Shown one piece after another: positions 47,643 to 57,600 of a stretch of DNA of 64,000 bases. Position numbers and translations under genes: made by a program. The stretch is taken from positions 2,368,001 to 2,432,000 of the forward strand of contig OY762964.1 of the NCBI GenBank assembly GCA_963667035.1. The letters are read 5' to 3'. Source of the DNA: Candidatus Cloacimonadales bacterium. Its GTDB lineage: Bacteria > Cloacimonadota > Cloacimonadia > Cloacimonadales > JAFGVF01. Below the pieces are notes generated by a model that did no database searches, was not told the origin of the DNA, and worked only from the letters and a program-made list of their open reading frames with translations. Numbering within the stretch: the first letter of the stretch is position 1; every line of letters starts with the position of its first letter.

Positions 47643-49373
47643 ATGAAAGGTTATATTTATTTTATGGTTTCGAAGAGATTTATTTTTTTACTACTGTTTA
47701 TGTTTTCATTGCTATATGCTCAAAGGAATTACTATCCTTTACCGGAAAGATACCATACATATCCGGAGATGATTAAGGAAGTAAAAAAGGTATGTCGAGA
47801 GCATCCGGAATTAGCAGAATGGGAGATAATCGGCCATAGCGGTTATTCGTTAAAACCGATTTATGCAGTACGAGTCTCTAATCATGTTAATAGAAACCTA
47901 AATAACAGACCGACTCTAATGATTCACGGTTCTTCGCAAGGTGAAGAAGTAATCGGAATAGAGATATGCCTGGCTTTATTAAATGAAGTTACCGATTACT
48001 ATGGAGTTAATCCGGTACTAACTGAATTGTTAGACAAATTTGAGCTCTGGTTTGTACCGTCCATGAATCCGGAAGGCTATGACATGGTCTCTTCAGGTGA
48101 GTTCTATTTATGTAGAAAAAACCTGACAGACAGTAACTTCGATGGCTATCTGGATGTTTTAAGAGACGGCGTTGACCTTAACAAGAATTTTGATTTCAAC
48201 TGGATTGACTTTGCTAGACCTCATCCTGAAAGTATTTATTTTAAAGGTCATGCTCCCGCTACCGAGACTGAAGTATTGGCAATGCAGGATTTCTTCGCTA
48301 GAGAACATTTTACGTATGCCTTGAACTACCACAGCTCTGCAGCGGGAAGCTTCTCGGAATCCATATTCTTTCCTTGGAATGACGGCGAAGAGAAAAGTCC
48401 TGATTATGACCATTTTCTTGAGCTTGGTTCAGTATATGTAAGCCATCTTCCAAAGGACTATTTGCCCGGTAACTATGAACTGCATCTGGGTAAAAATACT
48501 ATGATTGGCTACCTCAGACATTATATGTATGCAAAACAAGGTACCCTTGCTTTTGATATTGAGACCGGTGGTAATACTGAGGAAGGATATGCAGTTGTCA
48601 GACCCGGTGAAGACCAATTAATTAAAATTATTAATAAGCATTTGTTAGCATTTAACTCTATTGCTGAAGATATGCTTAAGAAAACCGTTTCCATTAGAGT
48701 TATCGATAAACTGAATAAACCGCTTATCGATAAAGAATTCCAATGGTTTGACTATCCATCGTCCTACTACACGGAACTTAAAACAAATTCTGCCGGTTAT
48801 ATATTCAAATATCTGCCTATAGGGAAAACCAGATTATTAATTGATGACGAATATGTGTTTAGCATTGAAAGTAATCCTGCTATGTTACAAACATGTAAGA
48901 TACCATTTGAGCACATAAAAAAGCCGATGCCTGAGAAGAAAGTAAAAACGATACTACCTAAATACACATACTGTCTGTACCAATCAGCTATCAATAACTT
49001 CTATCTTTACTCTGATTCCGCTATCAGAATGGAATTCTATGCCAAAGATTTCAATGATAAAGTAATCCGTTTTGACAGTCTGAAAATAGCTACCGATTCC
49101 AAGAGTTGTAATCTGAGAATAACACTTAAGAACAGGAATGGAGATGTAATCAGAACGAGAGAAGTCCAAAAAGATAATTTGGACGAACAACTAGTAATTC
49201 CTTTTGCCGGGAACATTCTGGAGAAAGCTGAACTTGAGCTAGAAAACCTCTCAGATAAAACTTTCACAATCAAAGAAGAAAGAACATATCTATCACATGA
49301 CTCAGAAATACAGGTTAAATATAAGACATGGCAGAATCAGGAAACTTCTGACCTGGATGTGGAGTTAAAATGA
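47643..49373 (+). CDS. M14 zinc carboxypeptidase-like secreted protein
   Basis: YHTY.E, IG.S, NPEG, RKN..D...DGVDLNKNF, E.E, NYHS, FPW, FDIE. Confidence 0.82.
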   Translation: MKGYIYFMVSKRFIFLLLFMFSLLYAQRNYYPLPERYHTYPEMIKEVKKVCREHPELAEWEIIGHSGYSLKPIYAVRVSNHVNRNLNNRPTLMIHGSSQGEEVIGIEICLALLNEVTDYYGVNPVLTELLDKFELWFVPSMNPEGYDMVSSGEFYLCRKNLTDSNFDGYLDVLRDGVDLNKNFDFNWIDFARPHPESIYFKGHAPATETEVLAMQDFFAREHFTYALNYHSSAAGSFSESIFFPWNDGEEKSPDYDHFLELGSVYVSHLPKDYLPGNYELHLGKNTMIGYLRHYMYAKQGTLAFDIETGGNTEEGYAVVRPGEDQLIKIINKHLLAFNSIAEDMLKKTVSIRVIDKLNKPLIDKEFQWFDYPSSYYTELKTNSAGYIFKYLPIGKTRLLIDDEYVFSIESNPAMLQTCKIPFEHIKKPMPEKKVKTILPKYTYCLYQSAINNFYLYSDSAIRMEFYAKDFNDKVIRFDSLKIATDSKSCNLRITLKNRNGDVIRTREVQKDNLDEQLVIPFAGNILEKAELELENLSDKTFTIKEERTYLSHDSEIQVKYKTWQNQETSDLDVELK

Positions 49374-50224
49374 AAGCTCTAGGAAAGACTTCGAGCTACC
49401 CTCGAAACTATGATCCGGAACAATTGGAGAGAGTACCTCGCTCTTTGAATAGAGTACCTCTGGGAATTGATGATAAGAAACTTCCATTTACCGGTTATGA
49501 TATATGGCATGTATATGAAGTAAGCTATCTTCTTAAGAACGGAGCTCCACAAACAGCTATATGTAAGATTACCATACCGACTACATCTGAGTACATTGTA
49601 GAAAGCAAGTCGCTGAAGTTGTATTTCAATTCTTTTAACATGGAGATTATGGGAGAATGCCCTGAATCTGCATTAAAAAATATGAAGCATACTGTTCAGC
49701 ATGACTTGGAAAAACTGCTTGAGTGCCAAATAGCCCTAGATTTTCATACTCAACAATCGGATATAAATTACGGGTTTAATGCCATAAACATTGATAATCT
49801 AGTAAGAGATATTGATTCTATTGAAGTATATAGTGAATCACCTCAGTTAATAAGTTATACTGAGAATATTGGGACTATAGAAACTCTTTATTCCACTCTT
49901 TTAAAGAGTAATTGCAGAGTAACTAATCAGCCTGATTGGGGAAATGTTCTGATAAGTTATAGTGCTGACAAGAAGCTGAACCATGTAGATTTGCTTAAAT
50001 ATATAATCTCTTTTAGAGACGAAAATCACTTTCACGAAGAGATAGTGGAAACAATATATAAAAGATTATATGACCTTCTAAAACCTAAAGAGTTGTTGGT
50101 AATAGCCTTTTATACAAGAAGAGGCGGAATTGATATCAATCCGGTAAGAGTTTTAAACAAAGCATCACTTCCAAAGGAATATATTAACACTCATATATTA
50201 CAAAAAGGTCAATTTAGACAATAA
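49370..50224 (+). CDS. queF: NADPH-dependent 7-cyano-7-deazaguanine reductase, bimodular type
   Basis: G.DIW..YE.S, IVESKSLKLYFNSFN, LLKSNCRVTNQPDWG, FHEE, YTRRGGIDINP. Confidence 0.93.
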   Translation: MKALGKTSSYPRNYDPEQLERVPRSLNRVPLGIDDKKLPFTGYDIWHVYEVSYLLKNGAPQTAICKITIPTTSEYIVESKSLKLYFNSFNMEIMGECPESALKNMKHTVQHDLEKLLECQIALDFHTQQSDINYGFNAINIDNLVRDIDSIEVYSESPQLISYTENIGTIETLYSTLLKSNCRVTNQPDWGNVLISYSADKKLNHVDLLKYIISFRDENHFHEEIVETIYKRLYDLLKPKELLVIAFYTRRGGIDINPVRVLNKASLPKEYINTHILQKGQFRQ

Positions 50225-50227
50225 AGA

Positions 50228-50869
50228 CTACACCGTAAGCTTTCTCACCAAGTGATGCACCTTAGTCTCTCCCTTCCCGGGAAGTTGACTTTGGGAATCA
50301 AGCTCCATAAGCTCTGCCATTTGAAGAGCATGTTCGAGCCGTGGTAAAAGTTTGGAAAAATTGAATCGGCTTTTGCTATAACCTCCCATAAATTGCTTCA
50401 TCAAGTGTTGCACATCTTTATACAACTCCAACTTCCTAAGCTCAGGTAATCTATGTTCAGGGATAAAGTGCATTAATATCCAAAGCTCAAAGCAAGGATT
50501 ACTGATTGCCAGATTATAACCTTTTCGTCTACACTCCCTGGCAATACGAGGTAGGTCTGCCCAACTATCCTGATCGATAACAACCCAGTACTCATCGTTG
50601 TAACGTTCAAAAGCCTTACGAGAGCCAAACTCGGCTACTTCCCTTTCAATATATTCATCTATAAGTCCGACAATATACTTAGGGGCGGAATGACCTTCCA
50701 CATTACGTTCAAGGAAGATAAAAGAGATGTTCTCTTTCACTAAGGAAGCAAGAGCTTTGAAATAACGAGGTTCCGTCTTACTGCCTTCCGTAGATATTAT
50801 TATCTTCTTTGTAGTACGACTCTTAGGGTGAGTGAAGGGTTTTATTTCCCTTAGTTGTGTGAAAGGCAT
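50228..50869 (-). CDS. rloB: RloB-like (TOPRIM) protein, AbiLii-like
   Basis: STEGSKTEPRYF, WVVIDQD, ISNPCFELWILMHF. Confidence 0.85.
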   Translation of the reverse strand: MPFTQLREIKPFTHPKSRTTKKIIISTEGSKTEPRYFKALASLVKENISFIFLERNVEGHSAPKYIVGLIDEYIEREVAEFGSRKAFERYNDEYWVVIDQDSWADLPRIARECRRKGYNLAISNPCFELWILMHFIPEHRLPELRKLELYKDVQHLMKQFMGGYSKSRFNFSKLLPRLEHALQMAELMELDSQSQLPGKGETKVHHLVRKLTV

Positions 50870-50871
50870 AC

Positions 50872-52197
50872 TTATTCCTCGTTAAACAATTCGATTACAG
50901 GAATTGCACCATATCGGCCACTAAGATAATCTCTTGCGATTCTTTTATCGAAACGCTCTTTGAACTCTTCCATTGAATAAAGCTCGGAAGTGTGAAAATA
51001 GTTCTTCTTAATGAACCAAAACTCATCTCTTCGGAATAGAGTTAAATCCAGAAGATTTGTATCGTGGGTTGTTACAATAAGCTGACTTCTGTTAGTTCCG
51101 TGGAAATTAAAGTACTCTCTAAACAAACCTCTGATTAACACGGTATGTAGACTTCGCTCAACTTCATCAATGATATAAACAGAATCATTGTTCTTAAGAT
51201 CATAAAGTGTAGGAAGTAAATCCAATAAACGACTTGTACCGTCAGACTCTTCCCCGATATCAAAGTCTATAGTCTCTTCTCCCGGAATCTGATGAGAGAA
51301 TACAAGGATATCGGCTTTAAGAATGCCATCCCTCATAGAAACAGCATACAACTCCCTTTGTGAGGTTACACCTCGCACTAGGATTACTCCTTTCTCTCGT
51401 ATATTCCTACGAATATCCTCTTTCATCTTTGGAGGTATACTAACTCTGCTGTCATCAAAATCCAGAGTACGCTTTGTCATGTTTGAAATGCCTGTATCCA
51501 GCTTGGAAAGCATCTGCTTAACAAAATTATAGAACTCCTCATCAGTAAGGATGTTAAACATATTCAGATATTTAGTATTAGGATAGATGATTTTAAGTTT
51601 ATAAGCAAACCAACCGGTAATATGAGAATAGTTAGGTGCAAAACTGTGCATGATAGTTGTCATACATAGTTTTGAAGGAGGTGTTGCCGTTTCAAGAAAC
51701 GCCTGATTAAAAGCAATCTGCTTCTCCTCATTCATATTCATAGTTAGAGATACTTTTGTTCTACCATTCTCTGTTATTCTTTGGAATACAGGTTTAGGTT
51801 TTCTAGCTATTAATTGATAACACCATTCCTGCTTAATCTCATTAGTGCCTGCAATAAACCCATATACGTAAACGCTACCTCCTGCAAAAAAAGTAAACTC
51901 AATAGAACTATCCTCCAAGTTAGCATCTTTCTTCATTTTAAAACGTGGAAGCGATACCATAGAAGGATTCTTGGGACCGTTGATTATGAACCTCTTCCCT
52001 ATATCTATTGCTTTAACTAGATTGGATTTACCGGAGGCATTAGCACCGTATATTAAACATGCTTTTAAAACATTGGGATTCTTTCCTGGGGTCTTTATCA
52101 CATGATCCTTATTCTTTCTGGGAGCTCCGGGGAATAACCGAAAATCGATTTCATCGTAAAATGAAAGAATGTTTTTACAAGAGAATCTTATTAACAT
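50872..52197 (-). CDS. RloA / AAA_21 ABC-type ATPase, AbiLi-like
   Basis: IYGANASGKSN, ESDGT.RL, IIDEVERSLH, QLIVTTHD, RRDEFWF, YL.GRYGAIP. Confidence 0.88.
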   Translation of the reverse strand: MLIRFSCKNILSFYDEIDFRLFPGAPRKNKDHVIKTPGKNPNVLKACLIYGANASGKSNLVKAIDIGKRFIINGPKNPSMVSLPRFKMKKDANLEDSSIEFTFFAGGSVYVYGFIAGTNEIKQEWCYQLIARKPKPVFQRITENGRTKVSLTMNMNEEKQIAFNQAFLETATPPSKLCMTTIMHSFAPNYSHITGWFAYKLKIIYPNTKYLNMFNILTDEEFYNFVKQMLSKLDTGISNMTKRTLDFDDSRVSIPPKMKEDIRRNIREKGVILVRGVTSQRELYAVSMRDGILKADILVFSHQIPGEETIDFDIGEESDGTSRLLDLLPTLYDLKNNDSVYIIDEVERSLHTVLIRGLFREYFNFHGTNRSQLIVTTHDTNLLDLTLFRRDEFWFIKKNYFHTSELYSMEEFKERFDKRIARDYLSGRYGAIPVIELFNEE

Positions 52198-52307
52198 TAC
52201 AACCTCACTTATGAGATATTTTCACCTATAGTGATGTTGAAACTAAAAGAGTCAAGCTTTTAATACGATTTATGCTAAATAATACTTTCTTTATAAGATT
52301 AGCAACT

Positions 52308-52811
52308 TTAGTTTATTTGCTTAACCAGTATCAATAGGCTATCCTCACTGTTTGCCAAGCCGATGTTATCTTCTGAGTTCCGCCAAGAAACCAATTGTGA
52401 GGGATTAATTTCAGTGACCACTACCTCAGCATTTGCAGGATTACTAAATTCAGTAGCATAACCATGTGAAGCAGATGTAGGGCGAGTCCCTATGAAAACA
52501 CCTGAAAAGAGAAGCAACATCGCAACCGCAACCTGATAAACAGGTATCGGATGTAATGCAAGCTCTCTAACACTATTTATCAGTGTAGGTTTATCCATCT
52601 CTCTCATAGTTGCTAGAGAAACAGCCAACATACTATCATTTCTGTCATTAGTGGTCTCTTTGATACTATTCTTTGTAATTTCTATCATGCGTGCTACAGA
52701 TTTGCATTTATCACATTTTTCCAGATGTTTCAAAATACTTTTATTGTTTTTACTTACACCTGTATAAAGCCTTTCTCTTACTTCTTTACATTTCACTCTT
52801 TCCTCCTGCAT
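52308..52811 (-). CDS. Zinc-binding membrane anti-sigma factor
   Basis: C...HLEKCDKC (HxxxCxxC) and one TM helix; start may be the GTG at 52796. Confidence 0.75.
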   Translation of the reverse strand: MQEERVKCKEVRERLYTGVSKNNKSILKHLEKCDKCKSVARMIEITKNSIKETTNDRNDSMLAVSLATMREMDKPTLINSVRELALHPIPVYQVAVAMLLLFSGVFIGTRPTSASHGYATEFSNPANAEVVVTEINPSQLVSWRNSEDNIGLANSEDSLLILVKQIN

Positions 52812-53349
52812 TTACTATCTTCCGGGAAAGTTTATTCATTAATCTACTCAATCTTGACTTTACCGTTCCAATAGGTTGATTCTGTATCAATGCAATCTCT
52901 TTGAGTTTTAACTCCTCTCCGAAACGTAAGTAAAACAGCTCTCTATCTTCCTGACAAAGAAGGCTGATCTGCTGCTTAATAATCCTGCTTTCATCACTAG
53001 TATTATAAGGCCTAACTATCAATTCCGGAGCAGTTCTTTGATATTTATCTTTTAACTTTGAGTAGTTCCCTACTCTTCTGATTTCATTCTTTACCAGATT
53101 TCTGGCAATGGTAAATGACCATACCCTGAAACTTCGGGTATGGTCAAAACTTGATGCTCTAGTCACAATCTTCAAACAAAGTTCCTGTAATAGATCATTT
53201 GCAATCTCACTATTGCCAAACATACTACTCTTTAGGAATTTATACCATCTGTCTGAATAACGATTATAGAGAATAACAAATGCTTCTTCATTTAAACGGG
53301 CAACTTTCTTCATTAACCGTTCGTCAGTCTGAGATTTCAAGTTAAACAC
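52786..53349 (-). CDS. ECF RNA polymerase sigma factor
   Basis: AF..LY.RY, A.DLLQE, F..W.FTIARN, EIA.....IGTVKSRLSR. Confidence 0.93.
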   Translation of the reverse strand: MFNLKSQTDERLMKKVARLNEEAFVILYNRYSDRWYKFLKSSMFGNSEIANDLLQELCLKIVTRASSFDHTRSFRVWSFTIARNLVKNEIRRVGNYSKLKDKYQRTAPELIVRPYNTSDESRIIKQQISLLCQEDRELFYLRFGEELKLKEIALIQNQPIGTVKSRLSRLMNKLSRKIVNAGGKSEM

Positions 53350-53351
53350 TG

Positions 53352-54467
53352 CTATTTCTTACTTCTTTTGTGTATATAATCCACTATTTGCTTGTTACCT
53401 GAACGCTCTGCTAGTGCTATTGCAAGTTGCATCCATTCATCGGCTTTATAATTATCCTTCATCAATCTATAGTGCTCACTTAATATTATAATTGCAGGAA
53501 TATAGTTTACATTTATACCCTTGCTGACAGTAGATGCAGAGACATGGTCTTCATTATACCAGTCGTTATATAAATAGTCCATACGATATTGATGTTCCAG
53601 ATTGTGCTTCAAAATGGCAATATTATCTATTCTATCTTCGTTATACAAACTTACTATGCCAACATTATACAAATGAGAGCTAATATCCTTTAGACCATTC
53701 TCATCAACTGATGAAGCAATGTATATATCCCTTTCACTTAGTTCATTGTTCAGATAACTAATCAGATCACTAACCTTCCTGTACTCTTTAAGTTCCGGTA
53801 TTCCAAGTCTTCTCATCCAATTGTTCCTGTAATTATCATCGTAACAAAGTGAAACATTAATAACAGAGACATCTGTCCTTATTCCTTTTGCTTCTTGAAG
53901 TACCCAAGCAGGGAAAGTATCATTATCTCCGTTTGTTAAGAGAATGCCATTTTCACTAATTGAAACTAACATATTGTAGTTATAGTTCAAAAGTGACCTG
54001 AATATGTCTTTTGAATGATACAGATTCATACATGAATTATGAAACTTCTTATTATCTCCCATCTTTGCATACATAGCGATTACGTCATATAAGAGTTCTG
54101 GATTGTCAGGTTTAAGCGTGTGAGCTTTCCATAAATATTCGGCATCTTCAACACTATTCTTATGCTCGTATCTTGCGTAATAATACTCAAATGTGTTAGG
54201 GATATGCTTCTCCATATCATTAATGATATCTTGGAGAGAATCAACTTTAGTAGAAGGAGAGTACTTCAAGGCATAACGAACCGCTTTAAAGTAGTTTATC
54301 CATGCTTCTTTATTGTTTGGGTTTCTTTTAGTCTCATTCTTCCATTCTTTGGCTTGTTGTTCATACCATTTAGTATCGTATTGTACTTTTGTTAGAGGTG
54401 GAATTGGTTCAGCTGCGGATAATATACTCACAATTATCAAAGTAATCATTACAAAAATATTTCTCAT
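53352..54467 (-). CDS. Secreted TPR-like protein with a DUF2723/TMEM260-like periplasmic motif
   Basis: Signal peptide, no further TM; YNYNML...ILLTNGDNDTFPAWVLQE..GIRTDV.V.N.SL. Confidence 0.7.
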   Translation of the reverse strand: MRNIFVMITLIIVSILSAAEPIPPLTKVQYDTKWYEQQAKEWKNETKRNPNNKEAWINYFKAVRYALKYSPSTKVDSLQDIINDMEKHIPNTFEYYYARYEHKNSVEDAEYLWKAHTLKPDNPELLYDVIAMYAKMGDNKKFHNSCMNLYHSKDIFRSLLNYNYNMLVSISENGILLTNGDNDTFPAWVLQEAKGIRTDVSVINVSLCYDDNYRNNWMRRLGIPELKEYRKVSDLISYLNNELSERDIYIASSVDENGLKDISSHLYNVGIVSLYNEDRIDNIAILKHNLEHQYRMDYLYNDWYNEDHVSASTVSKGINVNYIPAIIILSEHYRLMKDNYKADEWMQLAIALAERSGNKQIVDYIHKRSKK

Positions 54468-54512
54468 TGTTTCTCCATATTTTGTTAATATGAAAGTACC
54501 TTCATAATTACA

Positions 54513-54539
54513 TACACTCGAAAGACATTAAGGGTTGCA
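54513..54539 (-). promoter_or_regulatory. Putative ECF-dependent autoregulatory promoter
   Basis: Minus strand TGCAAC-N16-GTGTA upstream of the ECF operon. Confidence 0.5.
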
Positions 54540-54552
54540 TCTTTTTAATAAT

Positions 54553-54582
54553 AAAAAAGGCTGTTGATATTGTCAACAGCCT
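54553..54582 (-). terminator. Intrinsic terminator after the giant CTD gene
   Basis: Minus strand AGGCTGTTGAC..TCAACAGCC-TTTTTT. Confidence 0.85.
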
Positions 54583-54623
54583 AACTCCTGCAAATGCAGG
54601 AAATTACTTTATTGCTAAATGAA

Positions 54624-57600
54624 TTACTTCATTAACATCATTTTCTTAGTTTGAGTATAATCACCTGATGTCATTTTGTAGAAATAGACACCACTTGCTA
54701 CATTCTTACCTGCATCATCCTGACCTTTCCAGACAACAGTATGTCTACCAGCATTGAAGTTTTTCTCTATAAGTCGAGTAACTTTCTGTCCTTTGATATT
54801 ATAGATGTCAATTGCTACATCTGAATTACTCTTAACATCAAAGCTTATGTTAGTTTCGGGATTGAAAGGATTTGGATAGTTTCCACGGAGAGCAGTTACT
54901 TCCGGAATAACAACTTGGTCATTCGCATCTACGGTAGCACCGTTGTTAACAACCATAATATCGTCGAACATTGCAAAGAATGTTTGTTCTGAAACAGTAT
55001 GAATAGCAACTCTGATTATATCACCGACATAATCATCCAACTGATATGAATATAGAGTCCATTCGCTTGGTAACTGAATAGGTTCGTCTCCGGAAATAAC
55101 TGTAAAGTCATCCGGATCAGTACTACCGTTAGAAACTGCAACTTCAACTAACTCAGAACCGAACTGAGTAGTATATGAACGTGCCATAAATTGTAAGTTG
55201 GCATCTTCTTCACTCAATTGGATTTGAGGAGTTATTAACCAGTCATCATTAGCATTGGAATCAGCTGCAAAGCAAGCTGCATATTTATCACCTGTAAAGG
55301 CGTTTGCTCCTTGAATAGGAGGTGTTGAACTTGCAGGATTGAATACTATGTATGCCATAGGATCATTCTCACCCGGGAAGTCAATTCCATTATTAAAACC
55401 AAATGTATCTTCACCATCATTATCAAGGTTTACCCAAAGACCCATATCAGTTGTAAAATCTTCATATTCTTCAAAGCCTTCAGCAATGATAGGAGCATCA
55501 ACTTGAATGTGTGTTACAACTATAGAATCGCAAGGTACTGATTCACCTGTAGGAGCATTGTAGAGAGCTGTGACTTTATATTCATAAGTAGTTCCTACTA
55601 CAACGTCGGTATCAAGATAGAATGTTCCACTTACTGTTTCAGCATTAACAACAACATCATCTCTATAGATATTGTAACCAACAAGAGCTCTGGAATCAAG
55701 TACAGGAGCTAACCAAATAAGCTCGATACCTTGATAAGTAATACTATGGGAAAGCTCTGTAGGAGGTAAGAGAACTCCTGGACCAACATGGTTATCTGTT
55801 GAAAGCCATAATGCATAATCTCCTCTTCCATCTCGTACATTTGCTGTTCTTTCTGTTGCAGGAGAATTATCGGCTCTTGCTACTCTCAGATAATAGAAAC
55901 CTGAAGCCTCTGATGGAATGTCATAAGTAAACTGAGGATTTACTCCATCAGTGTAATCATTATCACTAAAGATTATTGAAGAAGTCTCGTCTATATTAGC
56001 TCCTAAATCATCATATGGTCCGTAAAGGAACGCTGCTAAATCAACATCCGAGTTAAAGATGTTCTGAGTGTGCATTTCGATTTGAGCAGGAGCTGTCTGC
56101 CAGAATACATACCAGTCCACATCTGTATCCGGATGGATAATTGCTTCCAGACCTTCGACATCATCACTAAATAAAGAAAACTCTGTTGCATGATTTGATG
56201 TGTCATTATTGTCTGCAACAAATCCATAACCATGAATTGGGATCTCATAAATATTTCTTTCTTCCTCAGTAGCATTATCCTCAATTGTCAAAACTACATT
56301 CTTATGTCCTACTGACGTTGGATTAAACTGAATACTAATAGCTGCAACACCTGTTGAAGGGATTGTAAGAGGATATGTGTTCTCATCTGTTAATGTATAT
56401 TGATCAACATCATCACCTGAAAGAGTTGGAGCATTAGCAACAATGAGATCTTCAGTAGTAAAGTTTCTCATATTCAACTCAAACAAATCAGAGTTTTCAT
56501 CAACAGACACAACATCAAACTCTATATTGCCAGGGAGATACAAGCCACTTCCTCCGTCAGAAAGATCTGATACTGACCGAGCAAACACAACTGCCATGTT
56601 CTCTTCAAATTCACCACCAACACCGTCTTTTCTGTATTGAATACCAACTGTACCGTCAGCATTCTCAATACCTATAACTGCGTCACCGAGAATTGAATCT
56701 GAACCCGTATCACCATTAGGATTAACATAGTTTCTGTACTGAATCTTAATCTTTCCTGTAGGATACAGTATAAGCTGAGCATCAATATATTCGGATTCAT
56801 CATTATAATCATTCCACATTTCCACAGTATAGACAAAGTTGCCCATCTCATCATTCCCATAGTAACAATTAGAAGGAACTGCAGTTGTATGTAAGTCCAT
56901 TGCCATCATTGCTATAACATTATTAGGGTTTCCTGAATCAGGAATACTCATTGATCCACCGGTTGTTGATGTTGTAGCACCAAAGTTTACATAACCATTT
57001 GTAACAAGATTCACTTGATCGTAATCAACTCCGAAATAGTTGAATGTAAACCCTAAGTCTACAGTAGTGTTACCGTCATCTGCAGATGAATAGGTGACAG
57101 TCTGGCTGTTCTCAGAGATGTCTACCCATTGAAACACAGGTTGAGCACCTAATCCTGCACCAAGATCTGTACTGTTTGCATAGTAATATCCATCAAATAA
57201 AGTTCCATTACCACCAAAGTTTGGATTTGAAACAACAGTAAATGACCAAACAGGACAATCTGTTGCATCACCAACAAAGTTATATGGTACAACCTGCCAA
57301 TAATAAGTTGTTTCATATATTAAAGCAGTTGTAACATCATAAGTTGTAATATTACCTAAATCTTCTGCGTTAAGAATATCAGTTGGAGGGTTATCTGTTC
57401 CAAGACTAAGTTTATAACCTTCAGGATAGTTGCCTCCATCAGTCCAAGATAGGGTAGGAGTAACACTTACTCCTGTAATACCGTCAGTCGGTTCATCTAT
57501 TAATGCAGGATTAGGTACTTCTCCAAATGTAGTAAATGACCAAACAGGGCAATCTGTTGCATCACCAATAACATTGTAAGGTATAACCTGCCAGTAATAA

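Noticed and set aside
37443..50224. 7-deazaguanine DNA-modification (dpd) island suggested by queH, queF, a helicase and a defence pair
   Set aside because: No dpdA/tgt-like or dpdB-K genes; queH and queF are unlinked and fit ordinary tRNA queuosine synthesis.
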